A DNA stretch of 64,000 nucleotides from a candidate division WOR-3 bacterium (GCA_039804205.1 JBDRZY010000003.1:23857-87856); one strand, 5' to 3'; shown: positions 1 to 10,029, counted from the stretch's first letter. The notes: generated from the letters alone by a model not told the origin. Numbers and translations: made by a program.

Positions 1-111
1 TGCCTCCTGAAGCGTGTTTAGGGTGTTTGACGGGCATTGTACTTGGAGCACTTTTCGCTTATTTTGTTCCTATTGGTAGTTTATCTTTCTTTTTATAAAA
101 AGGAGTATTTT

Positions 112-570
112 ATGAAAATTTTTAAATGTTCAGTTTGTGGTTATATCCATAAAGGAGATAATCCTCCTGATTTTTGCCCAAACTGTAGATCTCCAAAAGA
201 GAAATTTGTTGAGGTTGAAAAAGAGGATCCAACAAGAATATTTTTGTTCTATGGTGAAAAGGTATCATATTCTGACAAAATAGAAATAAATCCTTTCTTT
301 GATGGTTTAGAAATTTTGTCTCCCTTCATATACAATATGCCTGTTGGTTCAAAAGTTCCATTACATAAACATCCTGAAAATGATGAATTGTTTTTTGTTT
401 TAAGAGGAAAAATTAAATTTTACATTGACGGAAAGTTTCAAATTTTACAACAAGGTGATATGGCCTATGCTTCAAAGGGAGTTGTTCATAATTTTGAAAA
501 TATTTCCGATGAACCTGGAATATTTCTATCTGTAAAAAGTCCAAAACCCGTAACAACAGAATTTGTTTAA
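112..570 (+). CDS. rubredoxin-like zinc-ribbon / cupin-domain fusion protein
   Basis: ORF track 37..570. The N-terminus has two Cys knuckles (CSVCGY...CPNC) typical of a rubredoxin-type metal site. The C-terminus has cupin motifs (HKHPENDELFFVLRGK ... GDMAYASKGVVHNFEN). Start moved to ATG 112 because AAAGGAG (99-105) sits 6 nt upstream and the 25 residues before it look like non-coding read-through. Confidence 0.6.
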   Translation: MKIFKCSVCGYIHKGDNPPDFCPNCRSPKEKFVEVEKEDPTRIFLFYGEKVSYSDKIEINPFFDGLEILSPFIYNMPVGSKVPLHKHPENDELFFVLRGKIKFYIDGKFQILQQGDMAYASKGVVHNFENISDEPGIFLSVKSPKPVTTEFV

Positions 571-575
571 ACCTC

Positions 576-604
576 TTGACTGTTATTAGTTTGAAAGATA
601 AAAT
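576..604 (+). promoter_or_regulatory. sigma-70-like promoter of the giant repeat-protein gene (TTGACT-17-TAAAAT)
   Basis: TTGACT at 576-581, 17-nt spacer, TAAAAT at 599-604. A strong RBS GAGAGGAGG (613-621) lies 5 nt before ATG 627. Confidence 0.45.
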
Positions 605-626
605 TATTCTCTGAGAGGAGGTCTCG

Positions 627-3600
627 ATGAGAAAAATATCTCTATTTATTCTTTTATCTTTATTTACAATCGCTGTTTTTTCAGCTTCCTTTAATTTAAG
701 AACTCCAAATGGAAATGAGAATTATATAGTTGGAAATCAGATGCCTATACACTGGGATATTACTGGAAGTGCCGCATCAGCAAGATTGGAATATTCAATC
801 GATGGTGGTACAAACTGGGTTTTAATATACAGTTCAACACAGAATGATGGAGATTATCTCTGGACAGTTCCGAACAATCCTTCACTTACATGTAAAATAA
901 GAATTTCAAATCCATCAGATCCAAACGACTTTGATGTTAGTGATACTTTTTTTGTTATATCAAGACCTGAGATATTTATTAAAAAACCAGTTCAGAATGA
1001 TATTCTTATTATCGGAGAAAATTATCCGATCCACTGGGATTGGACAGGTGTTTTTTCAAATGTAAAACTTGAATACACAACTGACGGTGGCACAAACTGG
1101 ACGGTTATTACGAGTTCTACTCCAAACGATGGAGAATATATTTGGAGTGTTCCTAACTTTCCATCAACTCAGTGTAAAATAAGGATAACGAACACTACCG
1201 ATCCAAACTCTTTTGCTGTAACTGAAAACACTTTTACCATCGCAAACAATAGTTTAACTTTGATAACTCCGAATGGTGGAGAACAGTACATTACAGGGAA
1301 ATATTATCCGATATACTGGCTTTGGAGTGGATCTTTTACAAGTGTTAAACTTGAATATTCTGCTGATTCTGGAAACATCTGGAACAGTATAACAACTTCA
1401 ACCACAAATGATGGAAGTCATAACTGGTTGATTCCTTCGATAAATCCATCATCAAAATGTTTACTGAAGATTACGAACGTTTCAAATCCAGCTGTTTATG
1501 ATATATCCGATTATCCTTTTTCAATACTTTCAACTTCCCTTACTCTTTTAACACCAAATGGAGGCGAAACTTTTGTGGCTGGGACAAAAGCGAACATAAG
1601 TTGGGATTGGGAAGGGTCTATCGCTAATGTTAAACTGGAATATTCATCTGATGGTGGAGTGAACTGGAACTCTATAACAACATCTACAGCATGTGATGGA
1701 AGTTATCTATGGACTGTTCCGAATATTTCAACGAACAATCTTTTAATAAAAATAACAAATGTTAACGATGTGAACTGTTACGATATTTCAAATTCCCAAT
1801 CAAGTATAGTGACAGCACAGATAGATATAACTTATCCAAATGGTGGTGAACAGTTGATAGTTGGCGAAAAGTATCCTATAAACTGGAATTGGAGTGGGTC
1901 GTTTGCTAATGTGAAGATAGAGTATTCTACCAATAACGGTTCAAGCTGGTCGACAATCGATGCTTCAGATCCGAATGATGGTTCTTTTTTCTGGACTGTT
2001 CCTATAACACCATCATCTCAATGTCTTATAAAAATCTCTGATGCTGCAAATTCTTCTGTTTATGATATATCCAATTTTTCTTTCACGATAAAAAAACCTG
2101 AAATAAAGATAATCAAGATCAATGGGAATGATACACTCATAGCTTCAAACAAATATCCTATTGTCTGGCAAACAGAGGGAACCATTTCAAATGTTAATAT
2201 TGAATATTCAACCAACAATGGAACAACATGGAACACTATTGTAACAAATACTCCAAATGATGGAAGTTATGTCTGGACTGTTCCCTCAACACCATCTTCA
2301 AGTTATCGTTTGAAAATCATAAATTCTTCAGATGTGACATCGTACGATATAAGTGATACAACTTTTGTTGTAAAATCACCTCAGATAAACCTTATATCAC
2401 CTAATGGTGGCGAGACATATAAAACTGGAGAAAAGTATCCCATTTTATGGAGCAGCAATAGCGATTTTTCATCTGTAAATATAGATTATTCTTCCGATAA
2501 CGGAACAACATGGAACTCGATAGTTTTATCTGAAACCAATGATGGTTCATATGTCTGGAATGTTCCTTCAAATTTAACTCCTTCAACAAATTACAGGGTA
2601 AGGATAAGAAATAGCTCTGATAACAATTCTTTTGATATTTCTGATAACACATTTACAATCTCCTCACCTTCTATAAAAATTATATCTCCAGATTCAGGTG
2701 TTTCACTTCTGTCTGGAGAAAAAGTTTCAATAAATTATACCTATGATGCAAATTTTCCTAATGTAAAAATTGAATATTCAGAAGATAATGGTTTGACATG
2801 GAATGTTATTACTAATAGTACTTCAAATACTGGAACTTATATCTGGACCATCCCTAACTTAAATTCAAATGATTGTTTCCTAAAAGTTTTAAATTTGTCT
2901 GATACATTGAATTCCTTTGCTGTTTCAAAAAAATTCTCTATTTCCAAACCAACGATTACGATTAAATCACCAAAATCAAACGATTCACTTTTGGTAGGAA
3001 ATGTATATCAAATTGTATGGATCAATAATGGAGAAATCTCAAATGTTAAAATAGAATATTCTACCGACAATGGCTCTACATGGAATATCATAGTTAGTTC
3101 AACTGTCAATGAAGGTTCATATTACTGGACAATACCTTCAACAATAAGTTCAAATGTTTTAATAAAAGTTTCGGATGTTTCCGATCCTTCTAATTATGCT
3201 GTTAGTGCGAAATTTTCAATCATACCTGCCCAAATTACAATTGTTTCTCCAAACGGTGGAGAAACTGTGATTGCTGGTGAATATTTCCCAATAGAATGGA
3301 ACTGGATAGGTAGTTTTTCTTATGTAAAACTTGAATACTCAACAGATGGTGGATCAACATGGAACAAAATTGTTAATTCTGATACTTTAAATGATGGTTC
3401 TTTTATATGGGCTGTTCCTTCAACAGCAGTCAGTTCAAATGTCCTTTTTAGAGTTTCAAACAATCAGGATCCAACAAACACTTTTGATATTTCCAATGGA
3501 GTTTTTTCAATAGTTTCTCCTTCAATCACCATCATCTCTCCTAATGGAGGGGAGAGTTTGGTTGGTGGAGAGGTTTATCCAATCAGGTGGAGAAGTCAGG

Positions 3601-6600
3601 GTGCTTTTGCAAATGTTATGATAGAATATTCAACAGATGGAATAAACTGGATTTCAATAGATCCCTCAGATCCAAACGATGGTGTATTCAACTGGACGGT
3701 TCCTTCTATTGTCTCTTCGAATGTAAAAATTCGATTAACAAGTACAACCGATGGAAACACTCAGGATATTTCTGATAACAACTTTTCAATAGTATCACCA
3801 AATTTAACCATACTGTCACCCAACGGTGGAGAAAATTTTGTTTCAGGTGATATTTTACCTATCCACTGGAAAAATAATGGAATAGTTTCAAATGTAAAAA
3901 TTGAGTATTCAACAAACAATGGTAATACATGGAATACAGTTATTTCGTCAACCACAAATAATGGATATTACAGATGGACAATACCTTCGCTTGTAGTTTC
4001 AGATTCTGTAAAATTAAGAGTTATAAGTACATCAGATTCTCTAACAAAAGATATAACTGACGGATTGGTTTCTATTAAAAGACCAACGATAAAAGTTTTA
4101 ACCCCAAATGGTTCTGAAAATTTGACTGTAGGAGAATATACTCCAATTCACTGGGAAAATGATGGCCAATTTTCAAATGTTAAAATAGAGTATTCAACTG
4201 ATGGGGGAACAGTCTGGAAAACTATTTCATCTTCAGAAACAAATGATGGTAATTATATCTGGAAAGTTCCGAACGATGTTTCAAACAACTGTATGATTAG
4301 AGTAACAAACACCTCTGATAACCTTTCCTATGACATAAGTGATAACAAATTTTCAATTCTAAAACCTACAGTTTCGATATTCAATCCAGATTCAGCAGCG
4401 GTACTGGTTGTTGGAAACAGATATCCAATTTACTGGAATTGGACTGGAACAGTTGATAGTGTGATCATAGAATTATACTATAAAGTTTCAGGAATCGTTC
4501 AAAGTACATTCATCTCGACAGCGACCTTAAACACGGGAAGTTTTATTTTTACGGTTCCAAATTATGTAAGTGACAGTTGCTGGATAAAGGTTACAAGTAC
4601 CGCAAACGATTCTGTATATTCTTTGTCAAAGGTCTTTTCAATAAAAAGACCAATCTATAACATAGTACAACCAAATGGAGGAGAAAAATTTTATCGTGGT
4701 GAAAAACTTGAAATTAACTGGAACTGGATCGGTGGACCTGATTCTGTTTCATTGTTCTATTCTCTCGATGGAGGATTGAACTACAGTGCAATTTCTACTG
4801 TAAAAAATGCTGGTTCTTATTTATGGAAAGCACCTCATTATTCTTTCAATACATATAAAATCAAGGTCATGTCAACCAAGGATAACTATGCTTACGATGA
4901 ATCGAACAATAATTTTTCAGTGAGTTATCCTATAATGAATATTGATCAACCAGTAGTTGGTGATATATGTTATTATAACAATTATTTTCCAATTTATACA
5001 ACGAACAGGGGATTCATCAATTCTGATTCTGTCTTGATTAGAATAACAAGCAATATTTTGGGAACAAAAAATATTGGTATTTTTCCAATAAATGAATATT
5101 TTACTTTTAAAGATACTTTCACTGATACAATTGATACTATTGAAATCAAGATTTATGATAAAACTGGAACATACCTTTACGATACATCTGATAAAGTTCC
5201 GGTTGTTCAATCTCCTTTGAAAGATACGATACTTTTCCCGAATCAAAACGATACAATGTATGTTGATGAAATTTACTATATAATTTGGAATTCATACTCT
5301 TTACTCCCAAGCGATAGTGTTGAACTTTATTATTCTACAGATGGAATAAATTTCATCAAATATGGTTCCAAAACAGCAAACACGAATTATAGATTGTTCC
5401 CACTTCCTCATAATGCTTCTTCAAATAATTTTATTATCAGGCTTGATTTTTATGATTCCTTAAATATCTTTAAAAAGAGTTTAAACGTAAACAATCTTAT
5501 TGTAAAAAAATCTATTTTTGATCTTGTTTATCCTGATAATACGGATACTCTTTATGTTGGTAGGAATCATAACATAATTTGGAGAACAGTAAAAGGTAAA
5601 CCAACTTCTGTTCAAATATATTACAATACTGATGGAATAACATGGAAAGAGGTAAAGAGTCAGGTTCCAGATACAGGATCTTATTTATGGACGATTCCAA
5701 ATGAACCAACTTCAAACGCTGTAATCAGAATAGAAGAATATGGAGATAATCAGGTAACTGCATATTCACAGAGTTTTGTAATAAAACCGCAGGAAATTTT
5801 TATAACCTCACCTTTATCGAATGATACTTTTGTATCTGGAAGGGACTATCATATAAGTTGGTATAACCTTGGTGGAGTTGATTCTGTAAACATATATTAT
5901 TCAATCGACGGTGGTTCAAACTGGATATATATCGCCAAACAAGTGAATTCCAACTCCTATAAATGGACAGTTCCAAATTATTCTTCCAATAAAGCACTTG
6001 TAAAAGTTGAATTCACAAGAAACAGCAATGTGTTTGGTGTTTCGGATACATTTACCATAATCCCTCAAAACATTTTGGTCACATATCCTGATAGTTCAAC
6101 TATATGGTATGCTGGGAACAAATATTATATAACATGGGATTATACAGGTAACTTTTCAAATGTTAAAATAACTTATTCAATTGATAATGGTAAGAATTGG
6201 AATGTTATCACTAACTCAACAACAAACTCTCAAAACTATCTATGGACTTTACCTCAAATTTATTCAGATTCTGTTCTGGTAAAAGTATCCAATACTGATG
6301 ATACAACAAAGTTTGATGTTTCTTCTCCGTTTAGAGTGATTCCACAACAGATAACAGTAAAGTATCCATTTTCAACTGAAAGTTTGATTTCTGGTAGACA
6401 ATACAACATTACCTGGGTTTACAAAGGACTTTTTGATACATCGATAGTTGAATATTCTACCAACAATGGAATAAACTGGAACACACTCGGTAAAACTCTT
6501 GCATCGAACAGATACTATCTCTGGACAACTCCAGATGTAAAGAGTGATTCAACTCTTATAAGGATAGTCAACAAAGATAATACCTCAATTCTTGGAGTTT

Positions 6601-9600
6601 CAGAATTGTTCTCAATTTCAAATAAAATCATAACGATAAGTTCACCGAAATTAAATGATGAATACATAGTTGGAGAAAAGGCACTGATCACTTTTGATTT
6701 TTTGGGTTCTTCAAACGATTCAGTTATAATTTCATACTCAACCGATGGTGGAACAATATGGACACAAATTGATACGATTCCATCTTCCACTCAATATCTT
6801 GAATGGACTATTCCAAATGTTATAAGTTCAAATTGCTTTATTAAGATAACCTGTTTAAGGTTAACATCATCATCAGCAACAAGTGAAAGATTTTCGATAA
6901 TTCCTCAAACAATAAATGTTACCTCACCTCTTTCAAGTTCAGAATGGATTGCTGGTAGGAAATACTATATAACATGGAATTATACTGGAAGTTTTTCGAA
7001 TGTTGATCTTGAGTATTCAACAAATGGTGGCTCCACATGGCAGACGATCACTACAACAACGAACTCGAAATATTACCTCTGGACTCTACCGAACATCTCT
7101 TCTTCCAATTCTCTTGTAAGGGTGAAAAATAGTTCAAATACTTCTGTATTTGGTGTTTCTCCTATTTTTACCATGAAATATCCATCGATAACTGTTGTTT
7201 CGCCCGGATTATCGGATACTCTACTCTGTGGAAAATATTATTATATTACCTGGTATTCTAACATGGGAAGTGGTGATAGTGTTGTTATTTCTTATTCAAA
7301 GAATGGAGGAACAACCTACACAATCATAGATACCATAAGTGCTACACAAAAATACTTTAAGTGGAAGGTCCCTGAAATCGGAGCAACAAACTGTTTAGTT
7401 AAAGTAACAGGTTATGAATCACCTGTTATTGAGGGGTATTCAAAGCAGTTTGTGATAAAGGATCAATCAATAACCATAACATATCCAGATATAAATGATA
7501 CGATTTTGTCTCTTTCACCTTTCTATATTACATGGGATTATACTGGTGGACTAGATACACTTGTTGGTGAATACTCTTTTGATAATGGTTCAAACTGGAC
7601 TACATTCTCAAATTCAATTGTTGCATCGAATCAAAATTATCTGTTTAATCCTTTCCCGATTTCAAACTCTTTACAGACCCTTATCAGATTGAAAAATAAA
7701 GCGAATGTTCTCGTTCAGGGTGTTTCCAATCAAATTGTAACAGTATATCCAGTAATAGACATAACATCGTTTAAGCCAAATTCATCATTTACTGTTGGAA
7801 GTAAAATATTTATCACATGGAAAAACAATGGTCTTATTGATAAAGTAAACATTTATTATTCTATTGATAATGGAGCAAGCTGGAATTTGATAGTTTCATC
7901 TTATACCAATTCTGGATATTATGAGTGGACTGTGCCCAATTACATATCCGATAGTTGTTTTATTAAAGTCAGTTATACATCTCTTGAAAATGTATATGAT
8001 GTTTCTGAAAAATTTTCTATAATACCTCAAACCATAGTTCTCTTTTCTCCAGTATTCAACGATTCTTTGATGGTGTCAAAAACTTACCCGATAACCTGGT
8101 ATAACACTGGAACAATCGGTAATATAATGCTTGAATACTCACTTGATGGTGGATCAATCTGGAATACGATAACAGGTTCAACAGTGAACAACAAGTATTA
8201 TGAATGGACTTTACCAACAACCTTATCTTCAACTTCGAATGGTTTGATAAGAGTAAGTAATGTCGGAAACCTTAATGTTTTTGATCTTTCTGATAATTTT
8301 AGAATTATACCTCAAAAACTCGAAATAACATATCCAACCTTAAACTCTCAATTCTTTGTGAGTAGAAAATATATAATAACCTGGAAAACAATTGGAACCA
8401 TATCCACTGTTAACCTCTATTATTCTCTGGATAATGGTGCAAATTGGATTTCTCTTGCTTCTAATTTAACAAACAACGGTTATTATGAATGGACGGTTCC
8501 AGATGTTAATTCAAACCTTGTTCTTATAAGGGTAACCAATTCGAATAACGAATCTGTTTATGATGATAGTGAAGTGTTCTCGATCGTTCCCCAACTTGTT
8601 CTTGTTAACTCTCCGATCTCTACAGATAGATGGATAGTTGGAAGAAAATATTTTATAACGTGGACAAATATTGGAACAATTTCAAAGGTAAGAATAGAGT
8701 ATTCATATAATGATGGTGTCAACTGGAACATGGTGGTGGATAACCTTTCGAATACAAACTCTTATGAATGGACGATTCCAAATACACCTTCTGAAAACTG
8801 CTTTGTAAAAGTATCGAATTATGATAATACGAGTGTATACGGAACAAGTTCAAAATTCTCTATCCCGTTACAAACGATAGAGGTTCTTTCTCCAAAAATC
8901 ACAGATGATTATATTTCTGGCAATAAATATTTTATTACATGGAAATATACTGGAACAATCTCCAATGTTGATATTCAGTATTCAAAGGATAACGGAGCGA
9001 CATGGATATATGTGGCAACAGGTGTTGCCAACAATGGTTATTATGAATGGACGGTTCCAACCGAAGATTCTGATAACTGTTTGATAAAAGTTTTGAACAG
9101 TAGTAACAACAATGTTTATGGCGTATCAGAAAGGTTTACAATTTTACCTCAAGATATAACAGTAACATCTCCAAGTTCTTCTGATACGATGATCGCGGGA
9201 AGGAAATACTATATCACATGGAGAAACACAGGTGCTTTTACAAACTGTGATATTTTCTATTCAACGGATCTTGGTTTGCAATGGAGATCAATAGCATCAG
9301 GTGTTTCAAATACAGGTTATTATGAATGGACGATACCTGATATTGGTGTGTCCGACATGGCTTTAATAAAAATATCAAACTCCTCTCAATCAACGATCTA
9401 TGGAATATCAGATACTTTTGTTATTTCAAAACCTGTTGTAAAATTCACCTCTCCTGTTCTAGGAAATGTATTTCAAACAACAAAAAAATACTTTTTAACA
9501 TGGACAACTCTTGGAACTATTTTACAGTACAATCTTGAGATCTCTTATGATAAGGGTGTTTCTTGGATTCAGATTGTTGCAAACCAGAACAATAGCGGGA

Positions 9601-10028
9601 ACTATGAATGGACTGTTCCATCAGGTATGTATTCCGATAGTTGTATGCTTAAACTGACATCAAGTTCAAACAGTTCAATCTATTATTACTCGGATCTGTT
9701 CTCTATAGTCTCATATTCGAACATGGATAACATTTCTGTGTTGAAAAACAAAACCATTAAATATTTTAACACAAAACTCAATAACAGTATGAAAGAGAAA
9801 ATTCTATTTGTGGAGATTCCGGAGGATTGTTATTCTCAAATAGAAATTTTTGATCTTACTGGAAGAAGTGTTGGAAAAATTTATGATGGAAAGATCGATT
9901 CTGGAGTACATAGATTTGAACTTGAAAATTATCTGAACAGTAAGGGAATCTACTTCATAAAAGTTATATCAAAAAAAGATGGAAAAACTCTTTATGAAAG
10001 AAATATTAAAATGTTGAATTTGAGATGA
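627..10028 (+). CDS. giant (3,133 aa) secreted surface protein: signal peptide, ~33 tandem ~88-aa Ig-like modules, C-terminal T9SS sorting domain
   Basis: ORF track. The N-terminus MRKISLFILLSLFTIAVFSAS is a signal peptide. The repeating module consensus is [LI]TSPNGGE..(x)..YPI.W...G...NVK[IL]EYS[TS]DGG.TWN.I..ST.NDGSY.WTVP....C.IK[IV]...D....DISD..FSI, which resembles the Kre9/KNH-like GPI-anchored Ig-fold family. The last ~80 aa (IEIFDLTGRSVGKIYDGKIDSGVHRFELENYLNSKGIYFIKVISKKDGKTLYERNIKML) match the Por-secretion-tail (T9SS CTD) pattern. Confidence 0.85.
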   Translation: MRKISLFILLSLFTIAVFSASFNLRTPNGNENYIVGNQMPIHWDITGSAASARLEYSIDGGTNWVLIYSSTQNDGDYLWTVPNNPSLTCKIRISNPSDPNDFDVSDTFFVISRPEIFIKKPVQNDILIIGENYPIHWDWTGVFSNVKLEYTTDGGTNWTVITSSTPNDGEYIWSVPNFPSTQCKIRITNTTDPNSFAVTENTFTIANNSLTLITPNGGEQYITGKYYPIYWLWSGSFTSVKLEYSADSGNIWNSITTSTTNDGSHNWLIPSINPSSKCLLKITNVSNPAVYDISDYPFSILSTSLTLLTPNGGETFVAGTKANISWDWEGSIANVKLEYSSDGGVNWNSITTSTACDGSYLWTVPNISTNNLLIKITNVNDVNCYDISNSQSSIVTAQIDITYPNGGEQLIVGEKYPINWNWSGSFANVKIEYSTNNGSSWSTIDASDPNDGSFFWTVPITPSSQCLIKISDAANSSVYDISNFSFTIKKPEIKIIKINGNDTLIASNKYPIVWQTEGTISNVNIEYSTNNGTTWNTIVTNTPNDGSYVWTVPSTPSSSYRLKIINSSDVTSYDISDTTFVVKSPQINLISPNGGETYKTGEKYPILWSSNSDFSSVNIDYSSDNGTTWNSIVLSETNDGSYVWNVPSNLTPSTNYRVRIRNSSDNNSFDISDNTFTISSPSIKIISPDSGVSLLSGEKVSINYTYDANFPNVKIEYSEDNGLTWNVITNSTSNTGTYIWTIPNLNSNDCFLKVLNLSDTLNSFAVSKKFSISKPTITIKSPKSNDSLLVGNVYQIVWINNGEISNVKIEYSTDNGSTWNIIVSSTVNEGSYYWTIPSTISSNVLIKVSDVSDPSNYAVSAKFSIIPAQITIVSPNGGETVIAGEYFPIEWNWIGSFSYVKLEYSTDGGSTWNKIVNSDTLNDGSFIWAVPSTAVSSNVLFRVSNNQDPTNTFDISNGVFSIVSPSITIISPNGGESLVGGEVYPIRWRSQGAFANVMIEYSTDGINWISIDPSDPNDGVFNWTVPSIVSSNVKIRLTSTTDGNTQDISDNNFSIVSPNLTILSPNGGENFVSGDILPIHWKNNGIVSNVKIEYSTNNGNTWNTVISSTTNNGYYRWTIPSLVVSDSVKLRVISTSDSLTKDITDGLVSIKRPTIKVLTPNGSENLTVGEYTPIHWENDGQFSNVKIEYSTDGGTVWKTISSSETNDGNYIWKVPNDVSNNCMIRVTNTSDNLSYDISDNKFSILKPTVSIFNPDSAAVLVVGNRYPIYWNWTGTVDSVIIELYYKVSGIVQSTFISTATLNTGSFIFTVPNYVSDSCWIKVTSTANDSVYSLSKVFSIKRPIYNIVQPNGGEKFYRGEKLEINWNWIGGPDSVSLFYSLDGGLNYSAISTVKNAGSYLWKAPHYSFNTYKIKVMSTKDNYAYDESNNNFSVSYPIMNIDQPVVGDICYYNNYFPIYTTNRGFINSDSVLIRITSNILGTKNIGIFPINEYFTFKDTFTDTIDTIEIKIYDKTGTYLYDTSDKVPVVQSPLKDTILFPNQNDTMYVDEIYYIIWNSYSLLPSDSVELYYSTDGINFIKYGSKTANTNYRLFPLPHNASSNNFIIRLDFYDSLNIFKKSLNVNNLIVKKSIFDLVYPDNTDTLYVGRNHNIIWRTVKGKPTSVQIYYNTDGITWKEVKSQVPDTGSYLWTIPNEPTSNAVIRIEEYGDNQVTAYSQSFVIKPQEIFITSPLSNDTFVSGRDYHISWYNLGGVDSVNIYYSIDGGSNWIYIAKQVNSNSYKWTVPNYSSNKALVKVEFTRNSNVFGVSDTFTIIPQNILVTYPDSSTIWYAGNKYYITWDYTGNFSNVKITYSIDNGKNWNVITNSTTNSQNYLWTLPQIYSDSVLVKVSNTDDTTKFDVSSPFRVIPQQITVKYPFSTESLISGRQYNITWVYKGLFDTSIVEYSTNNGINWNTLGKTLASNRYYLWTTPDVKSDSTLIRIVNKDNTSILGVSELFSISNKIITISSPKLNDEYIVGEKALITFDFLGSSNDSVIISYSTDGGTIWTQIDTIPSSTQYLEWTIPNVISSNCFIKITCLRLTSSSATSERFSIIPQTINVTSPLSSSEWIAGRKYYITWNYTGSFSNVDLEYSTNGGSTWQTITTTTNSKYYLWTLPNISSSNSLVRVKNSSNTSVFGVSPIFTMKYPSITVVSPGLSDTLLCGKYYYITWYSNMGSGDSVVISYSKNGGTTYTIIDTISATQKYFKWKVPEIGATNCLVKVTGYESPVIEGYSKQFVIKDQSITITYPDINDTILSLSPFYITWDYTGGLDTLVGEYSFDNGSNWTTFSNSIVASNQNYLFNPFPISNSLQTLIRLKNKANVLVQGVSNQIVTVYPVIDITSFKPNSSFTVGSKIFITWKNNGLIDKVNIYYSIDNGASWNLIVSSYTNSGYYEWTVPNYISDSCFIKVSYTSLENVYDVSEKFSIIPQTIVLFSPVFNDSLMVSKTYPITWYNTGTIGNIMLEYSLDGGSIWNTITGSTVNNKYYEWTLPTTLSSTSNGLIRVSNVGNLNVFDLSDNFRIIPQKLEITYPTLNSQFFVSRKYIITWKTIGTISTVNLYYSLDNGANWISLASNLTNNGYYEWTVPDVNSNLVLIRVTNSNNESVYDDSEVFSIVPQLVLVNSPISTDRWIVGRKYFITWTNIGTISKVRIEYSYNDGVNWNMVVDNLSNTNSYEWTIPNTPSENCFVKVSNYDNTSVYGTSSKFSIPLQTIEVLSPKITDDYISGNKYFITWKYTGTISNVDIQYSKDNGATWIYVATGVANNGYYEWTVPTEDSDNCLIKVLNSSNNNVYGVSERFTILPQDITVTSPSSSDTMIAGRKYYITWRNTGAFTNCDIFYSTDLGLQWRSIASGVSNTGYYEWTIPDIGVSDMALIKISNSSQSTIYGISDTFVISKPVVKFTSPVLGNVFQTTKKYFLTWTTLGTILQYNLEISYDKGVSWIQIVANQNNSGNYEWTVPSGMYSDSCMLKLTSSSNSSIYYYSDLFSIVSYSNMDNISVLKNKTIKYFNTKLNNSMKEKILFVEIPEDCYSQIEIFDLTGRSVGKIYDGKIDSGVHRFELENYLNSKGIYFIKVISKKDGKTLYERNIKMLNLR

Positions 10029-10029
10029 T

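Noticed and set aside
1-60. GC-richer first ~50 nt (tgcctcctgaagcgtgtttagggtgtttgacggg...) as a possible end of an RNA gene or a promoter (TTGACG at 27-32).
   Set aside because: No tRNA-like arms, no usable -10 at the right spacing and no hairpin. There is too little sequence at the window edge to call anything.
37-111. N-terminal extension of the first ORF (MYLEHFSLILFLLVVYLSFYKKEYF).
   Set aside because: A strong RBS (AAAGGAG) precedes the internal ATG at 112 and the domain begins there. The extension looks like translated promoter/leader.
2401-6790. Antisense and out-of-frame small ORFs inside the giant gene (2401..2652, 3587..3775, 3761..3955, 4917..5246, 5512..5715, 5800..5997, 6515..6790)
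   Set aside because: They lie inside a long frame with strong, periodic protein-level conservation. They are short and compositionally odd, with no RBS. Treated as spurious.
627-10028. Whether the periodic repeats in the giant gene are a CRISPR array or satellite.
   Set aside because: The period is ~264 nt and the repeats sit in one intact reading frame. Copies differ mostly at synonymous positions, and there is no short repeat/spacer structure. These are protein-module repeats.
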